Shown here piece after piece: positions 1 to 8,194 of a stretch of DNA of 64,000 nucleotides. The stretch's first letter is position 1. Each line of letters opens with the position of its first letter. The DNA is taken from NCBI GenBank assembly GCA_021818955.1, contig JAKASR010000010.1:27147-91146 (forward strand). Reading direction: 5' to 3'. The notes under the pieces are model-generated. The model did no database searches. It saw only the letters and a list, made by a program, of their open reading frames with translations, and was not told where the DNA came from. Source of the DNA: Acidobacteriota bacterium. GTDB lineage: Bacteria; Acidobacteriota; Terriglobia; Terriglobales; SCQP01. Made by a program: the position numbers and the translations under genes.

Positions 1-23
1 AGATAGCGCATAGTTTAGCTCAC

Positions 24-425
24 TTACTTCCGCATGGGCAGCAAGCGCAACTGGCCTTGCGGCCGACCGTGTGGACCGGCGGGAACCAGCTTCCGCAGCC
101 AGATTCCCCGCAGGGTGATGCGCACCACCAGGGCATTGAACAGGCGATCGCCCGGACGCAACAGATAACTGATGCCCCGGGGAGCCGTGGCCAGGGCCAC
201 GGCCGCCTCCTGGCCTCCCAGGGCGATGCCCTGAATTTGCAAAGTTTGCCAGCGTACGCCCGCCTTGCCGGCGGGCCGAACGACCGCCGCCCCGCCCGGC
301 CCCTGGCGGGGACGGCGAACGAGCGGACGAAAGGGATCCCGGCCGAGGCGCAACGACTTGGGTTTCGACACCGGCATCGCCGGCCACAGGAAGGGCAACA
401 ACAACAACACACCCCATCGCGACAT
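24..425 (-). CDS. pilP: PilP-like type IV pilus assembly protein
   Basis: 133-aa ORF whose ATG shares nt 425 with the pilO stop. Hydrophobic N-terminus followed by an RDPF motif (LGRDPFRPL) typical of PilP. Fourth position in the pilMNOP order; pilQ would lie left of the window. Confidence 0.55.
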   Translation of the reverse strand: MSRWGVLLLLPFLWPAMPVSKPKSLRLGRDPFRPLVRRPRQGPGGAAVVRPAGKAGVRWQTLQIQGIALGGQEAAVALATAPRGISYLLRPGDRLFNALVVRITLRGIWLRKLVPAGPHGRPQGQLRLLPMRK

Positions 426-1024
426 TACGGCCTCCGCAGCACCGGCATGGCTCCATGCCGGCTGTAATAGGTGGTGACCAGGCAGCCCGCGCTCACGGTT
501 TCTACGGGCGAGTAGGCAAGCCCATTGGCGCCGCGGCCCAAATGCCGCAATTGCAGATTTTCAACATTGACAATGCGCCGCATCACCGCCAGGCGGGCAT
601 AAAAATCGGCCAACCGGGTATAACTGCCATCGAGCACCAGGCTGTAGGGCGCAGCGACATAAAAACTGTGATGGTTGCTGCTTTGGGCGGTTACCTGACG
701 GATATAGACGCCGCTGGCGCGAGCGGTGCTTTCAAGCTCGCGCAAAAATTCACCGGTTTGCGTGCGCGGCGGCACCACCTGTTCCAATTGCGCCAGGCGC
801 CGCTGCAAGACGACGATTTGCCGCCGCATCGCCGGCATGCGGACCAGGAGCGGCTCCAATTGCCGATTACTCAGCCGCGCCGCGTTGACCTTGTTTTTCA
901 GCGCATCATTCGCCTGGCTGACGCCGCTCAGCCAGACGTATTCGACCACGATCACCAGCACGACCGCCAACAGGGCGAAGACCAGCAGCTGTTTACGCGG
1001 AGAAAGTTCTTCGAGCGAGGGCAT
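425..1024 (-). CDS. pilO: type IV pilus assembly protein PilO
   Basis: ORF 425..1162. Preferred start is the ATG at 1024 (MPSLEELSPRKQ), 4 nt after the pilN stop. One TM helix (LLVFALLAVVLVIVV), a coiled-coil stretch, then a PilO-like C-domain; synteny supports the call. Confidence 0.75.
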   Translation of the reverse strand: MPSLEELSPRKQLLVFALLAVVLVIVVEYVWLSGVSQANDALKNKVNAARLSNRQLEPLLVRMPAMRRQIVVLQRRLAQLEQVVPPRTQTGEFLRELESTARASGVYIRQVTAQSSNHHSFYVAAPYSLVLDGSYTRLADFYARLAVMRRIVNVENLQLRHLGRGANGLAYSPVETVSAGCLVTTYYSRHGAMPVLRRP

Positions 1025-1028
1025 GGGA

Positions 1029-1622
1029 TCAGCTCCTGGGCCCCGGGGCGGAAGCGGCGGGCGCCGAAGCGAGCAACGCCTGCAGTTGAAAATAGAACTC
1101 GGGCACGCCGGCGGCGGATTTTTGCTCTCGGGCCTGGCCGAGGCGCACGTGGCGGAAGCCATAGCCCCGCATGCGGGTAATAAAGTAGGCGAGCGCGTTG
1201 AGGTTGAGCGCGCGGCCGGTCAGCGTGACCTGATTCCGCTTTTCCACGCAGGAAGTCAACCAAAGCTGGCTCGTGCCGACGACGCTGTGCCCCAGGCGAA
1301 CCAGAAAATCATAGGGACCGGAACGGCGGTTATCCAGCCGGCGAATAATGGCAATGCGTCCCGACAAGCGGGCTTGCTTGGCGGTCAGGGCTTGGAATTG
1401 GAGCTTCACCGCATTCAAGCGGACCGCTTCCGCCTGCTGCCGCACCAGTTCCTGCTGCAGATTGGCAGCCTGGCGCTGCAGATAAAAATAATGGGCCGCT
1501 ACCACCAGGACCGCCCCCAGCAAAATGAAGAGAGCGGATTTCGGCGTGCCGGACGCGGCGTGCACGACCTCCGACGCTTCGGCGGGCGCCTGCGCGCCTT
1601 GCAACAGGTTGATGCGGATCAT
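1029..1622 (-). CDS. pilN: type IV pilus assembly protein PilN
   Basis: 197 aa with the hallmark N-terminus MIRINLL, followed by a TM helix and coiled coil. Start overlaps the pilM stop by 4 nt. Confidence 0.8.
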   Translation of the reverse strand: MIRINLLQGAQAPAEASEVVHAASGTPKSALFILLGAVLVVAAHYFYLQRQAANLQQELVRQQAEAVRLNAVKLQFQALTAKQARLSGRIAIIRRLDNRRSGPYDFLVRLGHSVVGTSQLWLTSCVEKRNQVTLTGRALNLNALAYFITRMRGYGFRHVRLGQAREQKSAAGVPEFYFQLQALLASAPAASAPGPRS

Positions 1623-2671
1623 AGGTCCTCAAACTCCCGCAGCGCCAACCCCACGGCCACCGCCATTCGAGGCGCAATCTGCCGCAGCTCCATTCCCACC
1701 GGCTCGTTCTTGAGGGCGCGAATGCGCCGGAACGGATCCAGCCCTTCCACCGGCACCGACATTTCCTGCTGCAACATTTCCTGCAAGCCCGGCACGGCCG
1801 CCCCGCCGCCGGAAAGATATAACCGGCCGATGGCGACACGGTCATTGTCGGCATGGAAAAAATCCAGCATCTTGCGCAGCTCGCGGCGCAGCATTTCGGT
1901 GATGGATTGGATCACTTCCCGGCGCTTGGGTTCCGAAACCGCATTGGAGCGGCCGAGCTTGACCGCTTCGGCCTCGTCGAAACTCAGCGCGAATTCTTTT
2001 TGCAGCGCATCGGTGTATTGATTGCCGCCGGCGCTGATATCGCGGGTAAAGCACGGCACCGCGCCGCGCAAGACGTTAAAGTGCGTCTGGCTGGCGCCGA
2101 CGTGCAACAGCGCCGCGGCGGTATCGGGCGCGGGCTGGTAATTGTATTCGTAACAGTTGGCCAGCGCCAGGGGATCGTGGTCCATGATCTCCGGCTGCAA
2201 TCCGGCGCGCGTGAGCGCATCGGTGGTGTTGATCACTTTTTCCTTTTTGGCCGCCACCAGCAGCACTTCCATCTGGCCGCCCTCGCGAAAATCCAGCACC
2301 TGGTAGTCGAGATTGACTTCCTCGATCGGAAAGGGCACATGCTGCACCGCCTCGGCCTGGATCGCGGTGGCCAGTTCCGCATCCGACATCGCCGGCATAA
2401 CGATCGGGCGCACGAATACGGAATGCCCGCTCACGGCAGCGGCGGTGCGCTGCTTCTTGGCTTTGGCGCCCAGCAAGCGGGTAATCGCTTCGGCCAGACC
2501 GTCGGCATCGGTAATGGCGCCATCCACCACAATTTCCGGCGCAATCGCCGCCATTTGCGCGCGGCGCAACTGAATTTGCGCGCCCTCGCGCAGCAACTGC
2601 ACGGCCTTGATGGAACTGGTGCCGATATCCAGCCCCAGCAGCGTCTTCGATTGGTTTTTCCAAAACGGCAT
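1619..2671 (-). CDS. pilM: type IV pilus assembly ATPase-fold protein PilM
   Basis: ORF 1619..2749. Preferred start is the ATG at 2671 (MPFWKNQSKTLLGLDIGTSSIKAVQL). Actin-like LGLDIGTSSIK phosphate-1 motif; about 350 aa, as is typical for PilM. Confidence 0.9.
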   Translation of the reverse strand: MPFWKNQSKTLLGLDIGTSSIKAVQLLREGAQIQLRRAQMAAIAPEIVVDGAITDADGLAEAITRLLGAKAKKQRTAAAVSGHSVFVRPIVMPAMSDAELATAIQAEAVQHVPFPIEEVNLDYQVLDFREGGQMEVLLVAAKKEKVINTTDALTRAGLQPEIMDHDPLALANCYEYNYQPAPDTAAALLHVGASQTHFNVLRGAVPCFTRDISAGGNQYTDALQKEFALSFDEAEAVKLGRSNAVSEPKRREVIQSITEMLRRELRKMLDFFHADNDRVAIGRLYLSGGGAAVPGLQEMLQQEMSVPVEGLDPFRRIRALKNEPVGMELRQIAPRMAVAVGLALREFEDL

Positions 2672-2673
2672 AA

Positions 2674-2931
2674 TTACGCTCGTTGGCGCTTGCGCGCCCG
2701 CGGGGGCGCGGATTGAGTCTGCGGCGGCAGGCTTAACCCCGTAATCCATTCATCCAGCAAGGTTTTTTTGAAACGCCAGCGATTGCCCAGCCGGAATCCA
2801 GGCACCTGCCGGGTGGCCAGGTATTTGTAAAGGGTATCTATCGAGACTCCCAGGTAGGCCGCAGCATGACGCACGCTCATCACTTCTGGAAACGCGGTTT
2901 CCGCAGCGACTGGTATTGATTTTGCAGGCAT
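2674..2931 (-). CDS. small excisionase/MerR-type helix-turn-helix (HTH_17-like) DNA-binding protein
   Basis: ORF 2674..2955. Preferred ATG at 2931 has GGAG 5 nt upstream. The core MSVRHAAAYLGVSIDTLYKYLATRQVPGFRLGNRWRFKKTLLDEWI matches the HTH_17 pattern. Stop lies 2 nt before the pilM ATG. Confidence 0.7.
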   Translation of the reverse strand: MPAKSIPVAAETAFPEVMSVRHAAAYLGVSIDTLYKYLATRQVPGFRLGNRWRFKKTLLDEWITGLSLPPQTQSAPPRARKRQRA

Positions 2932-3277
2932 ACTGACTCCAGGCCCCTGTAACAAAAAGTGCCAATTATGTCCTAAACCGCATCATTGCCGGAATTAACG
3001 GAAACTGCCCGATAATACCGAATCCAAGCCGGAAATCCAGTAAAAAGAGCCAAATCCCCCGATGATAACGGTGATGCTCCCCTGGTTCATGGTGCAATTT
3101 ATACGCCATTCCCTGATTTTGGCAGTTCGATTTGACTGATAGACCGGATAACTCAGGCTGAACTCACATATGAGTGGATCCATCAATGATATGTATAAAT
3201 CGATTAAGAAGGCTTGACGAGGACCACGAACTAACTCAAAATGAGCCAATTTGGAGCGAAGAGTTCAGGCACTGCTT

Positions 3278-4195
3278 ATGAGCGAGTTAGGTGAGCGGCT
3301 GCGCGCGGAGAGAGATCGGAAGCGGCTGACCATTGCCGACGTGGCCGCGGCGACCAAAATCCGCCCGCAGTTGCTCGTTGCCATGGAGTCCGGAGCCTGG
3401 GAGCAACTCCCCGGCGGCATTTTTCGACGCAAGTTCCTGGAAGCTTACGCCCGGCAACTCGATCTGAACCCGGCGGAAACATGGAATGCCTATTGCCGCG
3501 CGACCGGATGCGCGGCGGAAACCGAACTGTACTTGCCCGATCCTCGCCAGATGCACCCGCGGCAGCCCCAACGGAAGCAGCGGCAAAGACGGCGACAGTT
3601 GGCGTTGGCCGGTTTACTGCTGCTCGGCTTCGCCGCCGGCGCCTGGCAACTCCGCGGCCGGGTGCAAGCTCGGACGATCTTCGCTCAATGGCTTCATTTT
3701 TGGCCGGGGCGTAAGCTAACGCTTGCTGCCCGCCGGAGCGCCAAAAGCCCGAAAACTTCAATAACTCAGCCAGCGGCTGCGCCGCAATTTCATCCCTCGG
3801 GCTCGCTTGAGACTGCTTCCGTTTGGCGGCATGCGCCGAACCCCGCAAGACCCGGGCAACCGGAGCGCACCATGCGCATCGCGGGATCGAATGGTTTGAA
3901 ATTGGAGGTCTCGGCGGTGGTGGCGCCGGCCTGGATCTCGGTGCGGGCCGACGGGCGCGAAGTGTATAGCGGCACGCTGCAACCCAGCCAGACCCGCGGG
4001 TTCTCCGCGCGTAGGCGCCTGCGGCTGGTGACCGGCAACGCCGCCGCGACTCGAGTGCGGGTCAATGGCAGGAACCGCCCCCTCTCCGGCGCCGCGGGCC
4101 AAATCGCCACGATCGTATTGCAGACCGCCGCCGCCTCCCCGGCCGGCAAATCATCGTCTGCGAATCCGGGCGCAGCTTCCAGCACTTTGAAATAA
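3278..4195 (+). CDS. rodZ: RodZ-like protein (N-terminal Xre-type HTH, TM segment, C-terminal DUF4115-like domain)
   Basis: ORF from TTG 3251; preferred ATG at 3278 (MSELGERLRAERDRKRLTIADVAAATKIRPQLLVAMESGAWEQLPGGIFRRKFLEAYARQLDLNP). Basic stretch plus TM helix (LALAGLLLLGFAAGAW). The C-terminus (LKLEVSAVVAPAWISVRADGREVYSGTL...TGNAAATRVRVNGRN) resembles DUF4115. Confidence 0.65.
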   Translation: MSELGERLRAERDRKRLTIADVAAATKIRPQLLVAMESGAWEQLPGGIFRRKFLEAYARQLDLNPAETWNAYCRATGCAAETELYLPDPRQMHPRQPQRKQRQRRRQLALAGLLLLGFAAGAWQLRGRVQARTIFAQWLHFWPGRKLTLAARRSAKSPKTSITQPAAAPQFHPSGSLETASVWRHAPNPARPGQPERTMRIAGSNGLKLEVSAVVAPAWISVRADGREVYSGTLQPSQTRGFSARRRLRLVTGNAAATRVRVNGRNRPLSGAAGQIATIVLQTAAASPAGKSSSANPGAASSTLK

Positions 4196-4284
4196 ATTTC
4201 ACCGCGCAGAATTGCACGCCGAAGATTCCTGCCGCGAATGGCCGCGGCAACGTTACAATATCCTCCATCACCCTCGAGGCCGCC

Positions 4285-4869
4285 ATGCCCGCGATCGATC
4301 CGCCGGAAATTAAGGATTCCAGCGATGGTTCCCGCACGCGGGAATCTGAGGCCGCCTCCCTGCTGGAGGAGGCCGAAGCCGCGGCGGCGAGCGCGTTTCA
4401 TTTGTGCGATCCCAGCGAGGCGGAAGCGAAGGAAATGGCCGCGCCGGCGGAGGCAGGCGGCAGCTTGATCCAACGGTTGATACGCATGACCGTACCGGAA
4501 CGGGTAAAAGCGGCGCTGGCCGGGACGCGGGATGAGCGCCTGCTGCTGATACGCGACCAGAACCGGATCGTGCAGCGGGCGGTCATTCAATCGCCGCAAA
4601 TCAGCGAGCGCGACGTCGAGGGCTTTGCCGCCATGGGCAATATCGGCGAAGAGGTTTTGCGGCTGATCGCCGCCGAACGCCGCTTTCGCCGTTCGGCGCG
4701 CCTGCCGGTACTGTTGGCGCAAAACCCGCACTGCCCGCTCGATGTCACCCTGGAGTTGCTAAAACATCTCAACGCCGCCGATTTGCAAAAACTGGTGCGC
4801 AATCGCATGATCGGCGAGCAGGCGCGGCGCGCCGCAGAGCGTGAACTGAAGCGGCGCAAAGGAAAATAA
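4285..4869 (+). CDS. hypothetical protein with an acidic disordered N-terminus and alpha-helical LRV/HEAT-like repeats
   Basis: 194-aa ORF 89 nt downstream of the rodZ-like gene on the same strand. Repeats end in NP-x-x-P-like motifs (LLAQNPHCPLDVTLELLKHL; VIQSPQISERDVEGF). No family name recognised with certainty. Confidence 0.5.
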   Translation: MPAIDPPEIKDSSDGSRTRESEAASLLEEAEAAAASAFHLCDPSEAEAKEMAAPAEAGGSLIQRLIRMTVPERVKAALAGTRDERLLLIRDQNRIVQRAVIQSPQISERDVEGFAAMGNIGEEVLRLIAAERRFRRSARLPVLLAQNPHCPLDVTLELLKHLNAADLQKLVRNRMIGEQARRAAERELKRRKGK

Positions 4870-5081
4870 CAGTAACGAGCGCAAGCGAGCCAAGACGTGC
4901 TCAAGCGAGCGCGAGCAAATTATAACGATGGCTCGCGTACCGCCCGGCGCAAGCCAGCATTGTCCGGATGCAGGGCATGATTCTGGCGGAATTGGGCGCG
5001 CTATGCGCGACGCCGGGTTGCCGGACGCCGACCCCTACTATCCCGCCCGCGCCTCGCCCTCCCTATTCACCCCAACATGCT

Positions 5082-6020
5082 TCACGCCGCGCCCAGTTCG
5101 GGGAGTGCGGCGCGGACGCTTTCGGCGCCATCGAGCGAGAAGCATTTACGGGAGCGGTCCATGCGGCGCACCAGGCCGCAGAGCACGCGCCCCGGTCCCA
5201 ACTCGCAGATCACGGCTTCGCCGTGGGCCAGCAGATGGCGCATGGTTTTTTCCCACTGCACGGGCGAAGTGACCTGGCGAATCAGCGCCTGGCGGGCGGT
5301 TTCGGGATCGTCGAGCGGCTCGGCATCGACATTGGACAACAATGGGCAGCGCAGGCGGCGGAAGGTCAAGCTGTGCAACACCGGCTCCAGACCTTTTTGA
5401 GCCGGCATCATCAGGCGGCAATGAAAAGGAGCGCTCACCGGCAGCGGCACCGCGCGACCGCCGCGTTCGGTAGCCAGAGCGGCCGCGCGCGCCACCGCGG
5501 CGGCGTGACCGGCGATGACGATCTGGCCGCCGCCGTTGAAGTTGGCCGGCTCGCACACCGCCTGGCCAGCGGCGGCATCGGCGCAAAGCGCGGTGACGGC
5601 TTCCACGCTCATGCCGAGGATGGCGGCCATGCTTCCCTCCCCCACCGGCACGGCGGTCTGCATCAGCTCGCCGCGGCGGCGCACGGCGCGCAGCGCATCG
5701 GCAAACTCCAGGCCGCCGGCGGCGACCAGGGCGGAATATTCTCCCAAGCTATGTCCGGCGACGCGGACGGGCTTAAGCCCGCGCGATTCGAGCACACGCG
5801 CCACCGCGACCGAATGCGCGAGGATGGCGGGCTGAGTGTTGGCGGTCAGCCGCAGTTCTTCTTCCGGACCCGCGAAGCAGAGGCGCGAGAGGGGGAAGCC
5901 GAGGGCGGCGTCGGCTTCGGCGAAAGTTTGGGCGGCCAGGGGAAATTCAGCCGCCAGGTCGCGGCCCATGCCGACATACTGCGAGCCCTGTCCGGGAAAG
6001 AGATAGATCAGTTCGGGCAT
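5082..6020 (-). CDS. fabD: malonyl-CoA:ACP transacylase
   Basis: 312 aa with FPGQGSQYVGMG near the N-terminus and the active-site GHSLGEYSAL motif. Confidence 0.95.
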   Translation of the reverse strand: MPELIYLFPGQGSQYVGMGRDLAAEFPLAAQTFAEADAALGFPLSRLCFAGPEEELRLTANTQPAILAHSVAVARVLESRGLKPVRVAGHSLGEYSALVAAGGLEFADALRAVRRRGELMQTAVPVGEGSMAAILGMSVEAVTALCADAAAGQAVCEPANFNGGGQIVIAGHAAAVARAAALATERGGRAVPLPVSAPFHCRLMMPAQKGLEPVLHSLTFRRLRCPLLSNVDAEPLDDPETARQALIRQVTSPVQWEKTMRHLLAHGEAVICELGPGRVLCGLVRRMDRSRKCFSLDGAESVRAALPELGAA

Positions 6021-6144
6021 AGGAAAATCGTCCGTTGGCAGTTATCCATATTCACCCGGATTTTCCGGGCACCCGCCGGAACCGAGCAGCAGGGATCGTG
6101 GACCGAAAAAAGAGCAAGCCGGAGTCCGGCGCCCCGCCCAACGG

Positions 6145-7200
6145 CTACTCCACGGTGGCGGCGGCGCGGCCGCGCGAAAGTTCGTGCTCGATGGCGCGGT
6201 TGACGTTGTGGCTTTCGCGCGCCACGCGAATGGCGTTTTTGATGGCATTGGCGTTGGAGCGGCCATGAGAGATGATGACGCCGCCGCGCACCCCCAGCAG
6301 GGGGGCGCCGCCGTATTCGCTGTAGTCGAGCCGCTGCTTGAAATGGGCATAGGCGCGGCGGGAAAGCACATAGCCCACCTTGCCGGAGAGGGTGCGGGAC
6401 AGCGATTCCTTGAGCAAGGTGCGCACTGTCTCCACCAGGCCCTCGCTGATTTTCAAGGCGACATTGCCGACAAAACCGTCGCAGACGATGACCTCGACCT
6501 CGCCGTTATAGAGGTCGCGGCCCTCGACGTTGCCGATGAAATGCAGCGGCAACTGGCGGAGGCGGGCATAGGCTTCACGCGTCAGCTCATTGCCCTTGCC
6601 CTCTTCCTCGCCGATCGAGAGCAGGCCGACGCGGGGCCGCTCCATGCCGAAGATCGCGCGGTAATAGATCTCGCCCATGATGGCGAACTGTTCGAGGTGG
6701 TCGGGGCGGCAATCCACATTCGCGCCGACGTCGAGCATGACCGAGGCGGTGTTGCGGATATTGGGGAAGACGGCGGCCAGGGCGGGGCGGTGCACGCCCG
6801 GCAGGCTGCCGAGAATCATCTTGGCGCAGGCCATCACCGCGCCGGTATTGCCGGCGCTGACCAGGCCGGCGGCGCGTCCCTCGCGCACCAGCCGGCAAGC
6901 GATATGCAGCGAGGAGTTGCGTTTGCTGCGCACCGCCCGCACCGCCGGCTCGTCCATGCCAATCACCTCGTCGGCGGGCACGATCTCGATCGCCTGGCGC
7001 TCGGCGGGCGAAGCGGCGGCGGCCAACTCGCGGCGCAGGATCTCCGCATTGCCGGTTAGCAAGATGCGAGCGCCGTAATGGCGCACCGCCTGCAGCGCGC
7101 CGGTAATTTCAGGATGGGGCGCGCCATCGCTGCCCATGGCGTCCACGGCAATGGTCAGCGCGGCGCCGGCCGGGGCCTCATTTGAAGGCAGAATCGACAT
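6145..7200 (-). CDS. plsX: phosphate acyltransferase PlsX
   Basis: 351 aa. Full-length PlsX-like sequence ([12 protein letters not shown]...[12 protein letters not shown]...[14 protein letters not shown]). Sits directly after rpmF, as in the conserved yceD-rpmF-plsX cluster. Confidence 0.95.
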   Translation of the reverse strand: MSILPSNEAPAGAALTIAVDAMGSDGAPHPEITGALQAVRHYGARILLTGNAEILRRELAAAASPAERQAIEIVPADEVIGMDEPAVRAVRSKRNSSLHIACRLVREGRAAGLVSAGNTGAVMACAKMILGSLPGVHRPALAAVFPNIRNTASVMLDVGANVDCRPDHLEQFAIMGEIYYRAIFGMERPRVGLLSIGEEEGKGNELTREAYARLRQLPLHFIGNVEGRDLYNGEVEVIVCDGFVGNVALKISEGLVETVRTLLKESLSRTLSGKVGYVLSRRAYAHFKQRLDYSEYGGAPLLGVRGGVIISHGRSNANAIKNAIRVARESHNVNRAIEHELSRGRAAATVE

Positions 7201-7230
7201 GGAAGCGAGGCATAAAAGCCTGACGATCGC

Positions 7231-7413
7231 TTAGCGCTGCGGCACGTCGATGACTTCGCGCTCGCGATAATAGCCGCAATGCGGGCACACGCGATGGGGC
7301 AGCTTGTGCTCATGGCAGTTGGGGCATTCGGACAGCGAGCCGGGGCGCAGCGCATCATGGGCGCGGCGGGTGTTTTTACGCTGATGGGAGTGGCGTCGTT
7401 TGGGATTCGGCAT
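7231..7413 (-). CDS. rpmF: 50S ribosomal protein L32
   Basis: 60 aa, starts MPNPKRRHSHQRKNTRRAH. Zinc-ribbon CPNC...CPHCG motif. Confidence 0.95.
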   Translation of the reverse strand: MPNPKRRHSHQRKNTRRAHDALRPGSLSECPNCHEHKLPHRVCPHCGYYREREVIDVPQR

Positions 7414-7437
7414 AGGTGTAGGGCCAGACGATTGGAA

Positions 7438-7929
7438 TCAGGATTGAGCGCGCACAGGGCAGCGGCACGCCTCCCGGTTAAGATTGGCGCTGCAGCCAGG
7501 GCACAGCCCGCGGCAGTCTTCCGAGCACAGCGTGCGCATCGGCAGCGCCAGCAGCACCTGTTCCCGGATCAAGTCGGCCAGTTCGAGACCGGCGCCCCGG
7601 AAGAAGCCGACGTCGGTTTCCGCCGCAGGCAGCAGTATATCGTTTTCCGAGGGCATCGCCTCGGCCGGCCGGTAGAGCAGGTCGAGGTCGCGATCCATCT
7701 CGATCGGCACCGGCACGAGACAACGGGCGCAAATCGGGGCAAACTGGCCCTGCAAATGCACCTGCAGCCGAATGCCGGCTCCGATCCACTGCGCCTTGCC
7801 ATGGATGTGCATCGGCCCCACCCATTCCAGATTGACGTCTTCAAGCGCGATCTCGCCCCGGGCAAAGTTTTGCTCGATGGCCAGCGGATGCAATTCCAGA
7901 TCGCGAACGGCAAGAAACACAGTCGCCAC
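7438..7929 (-). CDS. yceD: YceD/DUF177 family protein (23S rRNA accumulation protein)
   Basis: 163 aa immediately upstream of rpmF. C-terminal Cys cluster (CSEDCRGLCPGCSANLN) typical of DUF177. Confidence 0.85.
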   Translation of the reverse strand: MATVFLAVRDLELHPLAIEQNFARGEIALEDVNLEWVGPMHIHGKAQWIGAGIRLQVHLQGQFAPICARCLVPVPIEMDRDLDLLYRPAEAMPSENDILLPAAETDVGFFRGAGLELADLIREQVLLALPMRTLCSEDCRGLCPGCSANLNREACRCPVRAQS

Positions 7930-7997
7930 CTTTGGTTTTCAACGGCCCCAAAATCAGCCCTCAAGATTATTTATCTTGTTGGCAATTCAGGGCTTGA

Positions 7998-8074
7998 TGG
8001 TGGGCGCCATAGGACTCGAACCTATGACCTCTGCCGTGTGAAGACAGCGCTCTAACCAGCTGAGCTAGGCGCCC
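7998..8074 (-). tRNA. tRNA-Val (anticodon CAC), CCA encoded
   Basis: Minus-strand read: GGGCGCCTAGCTCAGCTGGTTAGAGCGCTGTCTTCACACGGCAGAGGTCATAGGTTCGAGTCCTATGGCGCCCACCA. It folds by hand into a cloverleaf with a 7-bp acceptor, GCTC/GAGC D-stem, CTGTC/GGCAG anticodon stem, loop TTCACAC, and T-arm ATAGG-TTCGAGT-CCTAT. Confidence 0.92.
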
Positions 8075-8194
8075 GGGAACATTCCAGTTTAGCAAATGCA
8101 AGCGAGGACAAGGGAGCGGAGCAAGCCCCGGAAGACAAAAAAGACGCCGGCGCGCCAGCAAGCTAGCATCGCGCGAGCAAGCTAGCATAAAGAT

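Noticed and set aside
2949-2965. Sigma-54-like -24 element (TTGGCAC on the minus strand) about 20 nt upstream of the HTH gene ATG.
   Set aside because: The -12 region reads GTTAC rather than TTGC at the required spacing. The implied leader would be only ~10 nt long and would overlap the SD. This is insufficient for a call.
2995-3249. 84-aa minus-strand ORF in the AT-rich pil/rodZ divergent intergenic region.
   Set aside because: Its composition is atypical for coding DNA in this genome. It has no SD and no motif, and it occupies the expected promoter region.
4968-6203. 411-aa plus-strand ORF across fabD and the plsX 3-prime end.
   Set aside because: It is antisense to fabD, which carries the canonical GQGSQ and GHSLGE motifs, and it has no motifs of its own.
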